From: Octopus sinensis
Taxonomy: Eukaryota
Assembly: GCF_006345805.1 (NCBI RefSeq)
Contig: NW_021835433.1
Location: forward strand, 1 to 40,019
Length of the DNA stretch: 40,019 bases
Direction: 5' to 3'
The stretch's first letter is position 1, and each line of letters opens with the position of its first letter. This document shows, piece after piece, positions 36,122 to 40,019 of the stretch. The notes under the pieces were generated by a model that searched no databases, had not been told where the DNA came from, and was given only the letters and a program-made list of their open reading frames with translations. A program made the position numbers and the translations under genes.

Positions 36122-36681
36122 GTATGTATGTATATTATATAAATATTATATATATATATACATATACATATATTTTATATATAAAATATTGTATATGTAT
36201 ATATATGCATATATATATATGTGTATATATATATATATACACACATACGTATACAACCATTGTCATTATTATGTACGTTATAATATACATTGATATATTA
36301 CGTATATACGCACACATATTTATACTTATAATGAATAATTAAATGAATGTATAATTATAAATATATACTACATATAAATATGTGAGTGAATTAATATATA
36401 TATACAAATGCGTAAATATATATGCGTGCGTGCGTGTGTGTGCGTGTGTGTGTGTGTATGTGATTCGGTAATGAGCAGAACCATTTACAGCTTAGTAGAT
36501 GAAACCAATTCTTTAAAATATTAAACAAAAGTATAAAAGAACGCAATGGTTTTCCTTTTGTGTCTTCTATGAAAACATCCTCGATTCCAGTTGATTTCAC
36601 TTTGCGCCAATTGACAGTTTAATCACGACTAAAGAACAAGCAACCACATATACATACATACGTACATACATACACACACAG

Positions 36682-36715
<34 letters not shown>

Positions 36716-36761
36716 TATGTATATATAGTATGATGTATATATATATATATATCTATATATA

Positions 36762-36807
<46 letters not shown>

Positions 36808-36863
36808 ATATATATACATATATGTATAATATATATATATATACATATATATACAAATAATAA

Positions 36864-36897
<34 letters not shown>

Positions 36898-36925
36898 TAT
36901 GTATATGTATATATATTTATATATG
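36083..36925. repeat. (TA)n-rich tracts (36083-36400, 36680-36925) flanking a unique island
   Basis: Direct reading. Confidence 0.85.
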
Positions 36926-37389
36926 CTACATTGTCCTTAATATTATTAGCTCTTATTAACTAGTTAGTCTTCGCCAAGTAATAGTGTATTCACGAATATA
37001 ACGGAGAGAAAAACAGTTAAGTAGTGTTTTTGTTTTGTTTTGTATGTTTTAGGCTGGTTTGTTTGTTCATTTGTTTTTATTTATTTGCTTGTTTTGCCTG
37101 TTTGTTTGTTTGTTTGTTTGTTTCTGCGATATAAGCTAATATGATGTTTTCATAATGGGATATAAATTTTCTGCGACCATTCAATCAGGTCACGTGATCT
37201 GCAGCGCAAAACGATTCACCACAAAGAAAACGAACGCGTAAATAAACATAAATGGAAAAACATTCTCCTAATTTGGCTTCAATGGAGTACATTTATGACC
37301 AGAAACATTGATATTTCGGCAGGTTTTTCCCAGAATTAATACCTAATCTTGTATGTTGAAACCAACCCATTGACTATTATGCTATATAT

Positions 37390-37451
<62 letters not shown>

Positions 37452-37461
37452 CTTATACATA

Positions 37462-37509
<48 letters not shown>

Positions 37510-37926
37510 ATATAGATATATGTATGTATGTATGTATCTACATAGGCACCTACCAATTCGCGTATAAATAGCCGTGTAAAGAATAGCAGAGATTAGATCC
37601 ACATCATTTACGAGTTAATAAGGTCAACATCGACTAAATTTGGTAGCCGCTTATGGACTGACATTAAATACTAATATTAAATATAGCTAATTATCGTTTG
37701 ACTAAATGCAATTAATTTTTTGCTGCCATTTATTTAGCTTTATACCGGAGAAATGCAAGAACAGCGAAAAAAAAAAAAAAACAAAAGTAAAATGGTGTGC
37801 GCCCAGTTGTACATATTACGCATGCGCAAAGTTATTTCGTAACGCCTTTTCTTAATTTCTGATTACCTTTTTCTATACAAGTATATCAGTTGAATACGCT
37901 TCCCCACCTCCTATTTACATCTGTAT

Positions 37927-38238
37927 ATGTATGTATGCATATTTCTACGTATGTATGTATGTATGCATGTATGTATGTATGTATGTACGTATGTATGTAT
38001 GTATGTATGCATTAATGTATGTATGTATGTACGTATGTATGTATGTATATACGTACGTATGTATGTATGTATTTATGTATGTATGTATGTACATATGTAT
38101 GCATGTTTGTTGGCATCTATGTATGTGTGTTTGTATACATGCATGTTTGCATTTATGAATATGTCATGTTCTTATGTATATGAATATATGTGCATATACT
38201 CACATATACTTGTATGTGTATGTAGGTATGTATGTAGG

Positions 38239-38281
<43 letters not shown>

Positions 38282-38383
38282 CATATGCCTGTGTGTGTAT
38301 ATATGCATATACATATATATACTTGTATATATATATATATATATACACATACATATAGGCTGACAGATATCTATCTATCTAAC

Positions 38384-38443
<60 letters not shown>

Positions 38444-38472
38444 GCAGACAGACAGACAGACAGATAGCTTGT

Positions 38473-38555
<83 letters not shown>
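37927..38555. repeat. (TATG)n, (TA)n, (GA)n, (GATA)n microsatellite cluster
   Basis: Direct reading. Confidence 0.92.
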
Positions 38556-38556
<1 letters not shown>

Positions 38557-39427
38557 GAAGGAGAGGCAGAAAAACGGTGAGAGAGGGAGATAAACAGAAT
38601 TGTAGATATATAGATATTTACAAACACACATGCGTACATATATTTAACATACGCACACGCATATGTTACTTTTTGCCGTTACATCAGGAAAAAGTACGAA
38701 CATTCGTGTGTACCCCGTATAGAAGCTTGATAGTCTCTTTCGTAAACTTCTACTGAATAAAATATATTGAACACGATAAAACGATGTACGCAATTGAACA
38801 GTATTTAGTTTAAAATTGCTATTTGTGTGCCATACTAAATGTGTCATACTAACTATGTCATATCTGCTTGAAGATATAATTGTGTGAAACTGTTTCGAGA
38901 AGGCTCAAGAAATGCGAAATGCTTCCGCTGTTCTTGTGAGACAATGCAACGACAATGGTCGTTTTGTTGTGATATACATGTTGTTTGTAACATAACAAGC
39001 CGATGAAGAGATTTTCATCTCATACTATTGCACAGTATCGTGCCTTGTAATGGTGTGTATGTATGTCATATGAAACATAACTGGCGAATAAAAAAGCACT
39101 ATATACACATGTGTCTTGCCCTGTTTATTCCACTAAACCTGTACGTATATACTTACATACATAGGTGCATGCATGCATGTACGTACGTATAAAGATACAT
39201 ACACACACACATACACATATGTATAAAAATACGTGTTTTTGAAAATACTTTACGAAAGCGTTCACATATTAGAAAAAAAAATGCTTCCCCCAAAAAGGTT
39301 AATGATATCCTCATAAAATATTTCAAAGCATTTTTAAAAAAACAAAACAAAAAAAAATCACCTTTGTACATCAAAAACTGTATCAAGTCATACTCATAGA
39401 CTTTCAGATATGTGTGTATATATATAT

Positions 39428-39841
39428 GCTCTTTTTTACTCTTTTACTTGTTTCAGTCATTTGACTGCGGCCATGCTGGAGCACCGCCTTTAGTCGAGCA
39501 ACTCGACCCCGGGACTTATTCTTTTTGTAAGCCCAGTACTTATTCTATCGGTCTCTTTCGCCGAACCGCCAAGTGACGGGGACGCAAACACACCAGCATC
39601 GGTTGTCAAGCAATGCTAGGGGAACAAACACAGACACATAAACACACACACATACATATATATATATATACATATATACGACAGGCTTCTTTCAGTTTCC
39701 GTCTACCAAATCCACTCACAAGGCATTGGTCGGCCCGGGGCTATAGCAGAAGACACTTGCCCAAGATGCCACGCAGTGGGACTGAACCCGGAACCATGTG
39801 GTTGGTTAGCAAGCTACTTACCACACAGCCACTCCTGCGCC
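39428..39841 (-). mobile_element. SINE family A, young full-length copy flanked by ~120-bp direct repeats
   Basis: Complete head to tail; 39306-39427 is repeated at 39842-39960. Confidence 0.93.
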
Positions 39842-39943
39842 TATCCTCATAAAATATTTCAAAGCATTTTTAAAAAAGCAAAACAAAAAAAAATCACCTT
39901 TGTACATCAAAAACTGTATCAAGTCATCCTCATAGACTTTCAA

Positions 39944-39988
<45 letters not shown>

Positions 39989-40019
39989 ATATATATATGT
40001 ATATGCATATATGCGTACA

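Noticed and set aside
1-40019. Conserved miRNA, rRNA or snRNA genes; prokaryotic or viral system
   Set aside because: No sequence I recognise as such; no operon-like or long complex ORFs anywhere in the window

Overview
Gene-poor, AT-rich eukaryotic DNA that looks like octopus/coleoid cephalopod intergenic or intronic sequence; this is inferred from recognised SINE families and extreme microsatellite density. I can support no intact host gene, and almost all listed ORFs are translations of microsatellites. The window is a mosaic of at least four tRNA-derived SINE families (more than 20 copies or fragments), decayed mariner and DD37D/maT transposons, nested MITEs, a non-autonomous Helitron, a solo LTR, R4/Dong, RTE and ORF1-type LINE remnants, a tRNA-Asp pseudogene and a 48-bp minisatellite. 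The most interesting signal is RNA-structural: about ten minimal type I hammerhead ribozyme motifs, intact or decayed, of the kind carried by Penelope-like elements. They include a three-copy family with a compensatory G3-C8 core (GUGAACA instead of CUGANGA) in an inverted-repeat arrangement, and a tRNA-headed SINE with a hammerhead in its 3' part. One SINE is flanked by an approximately 120-bp direct repeat that looks like a giant target-site duplication. All calls were made by eye with no searches, so boundaries are approximate and family names need confirmation.
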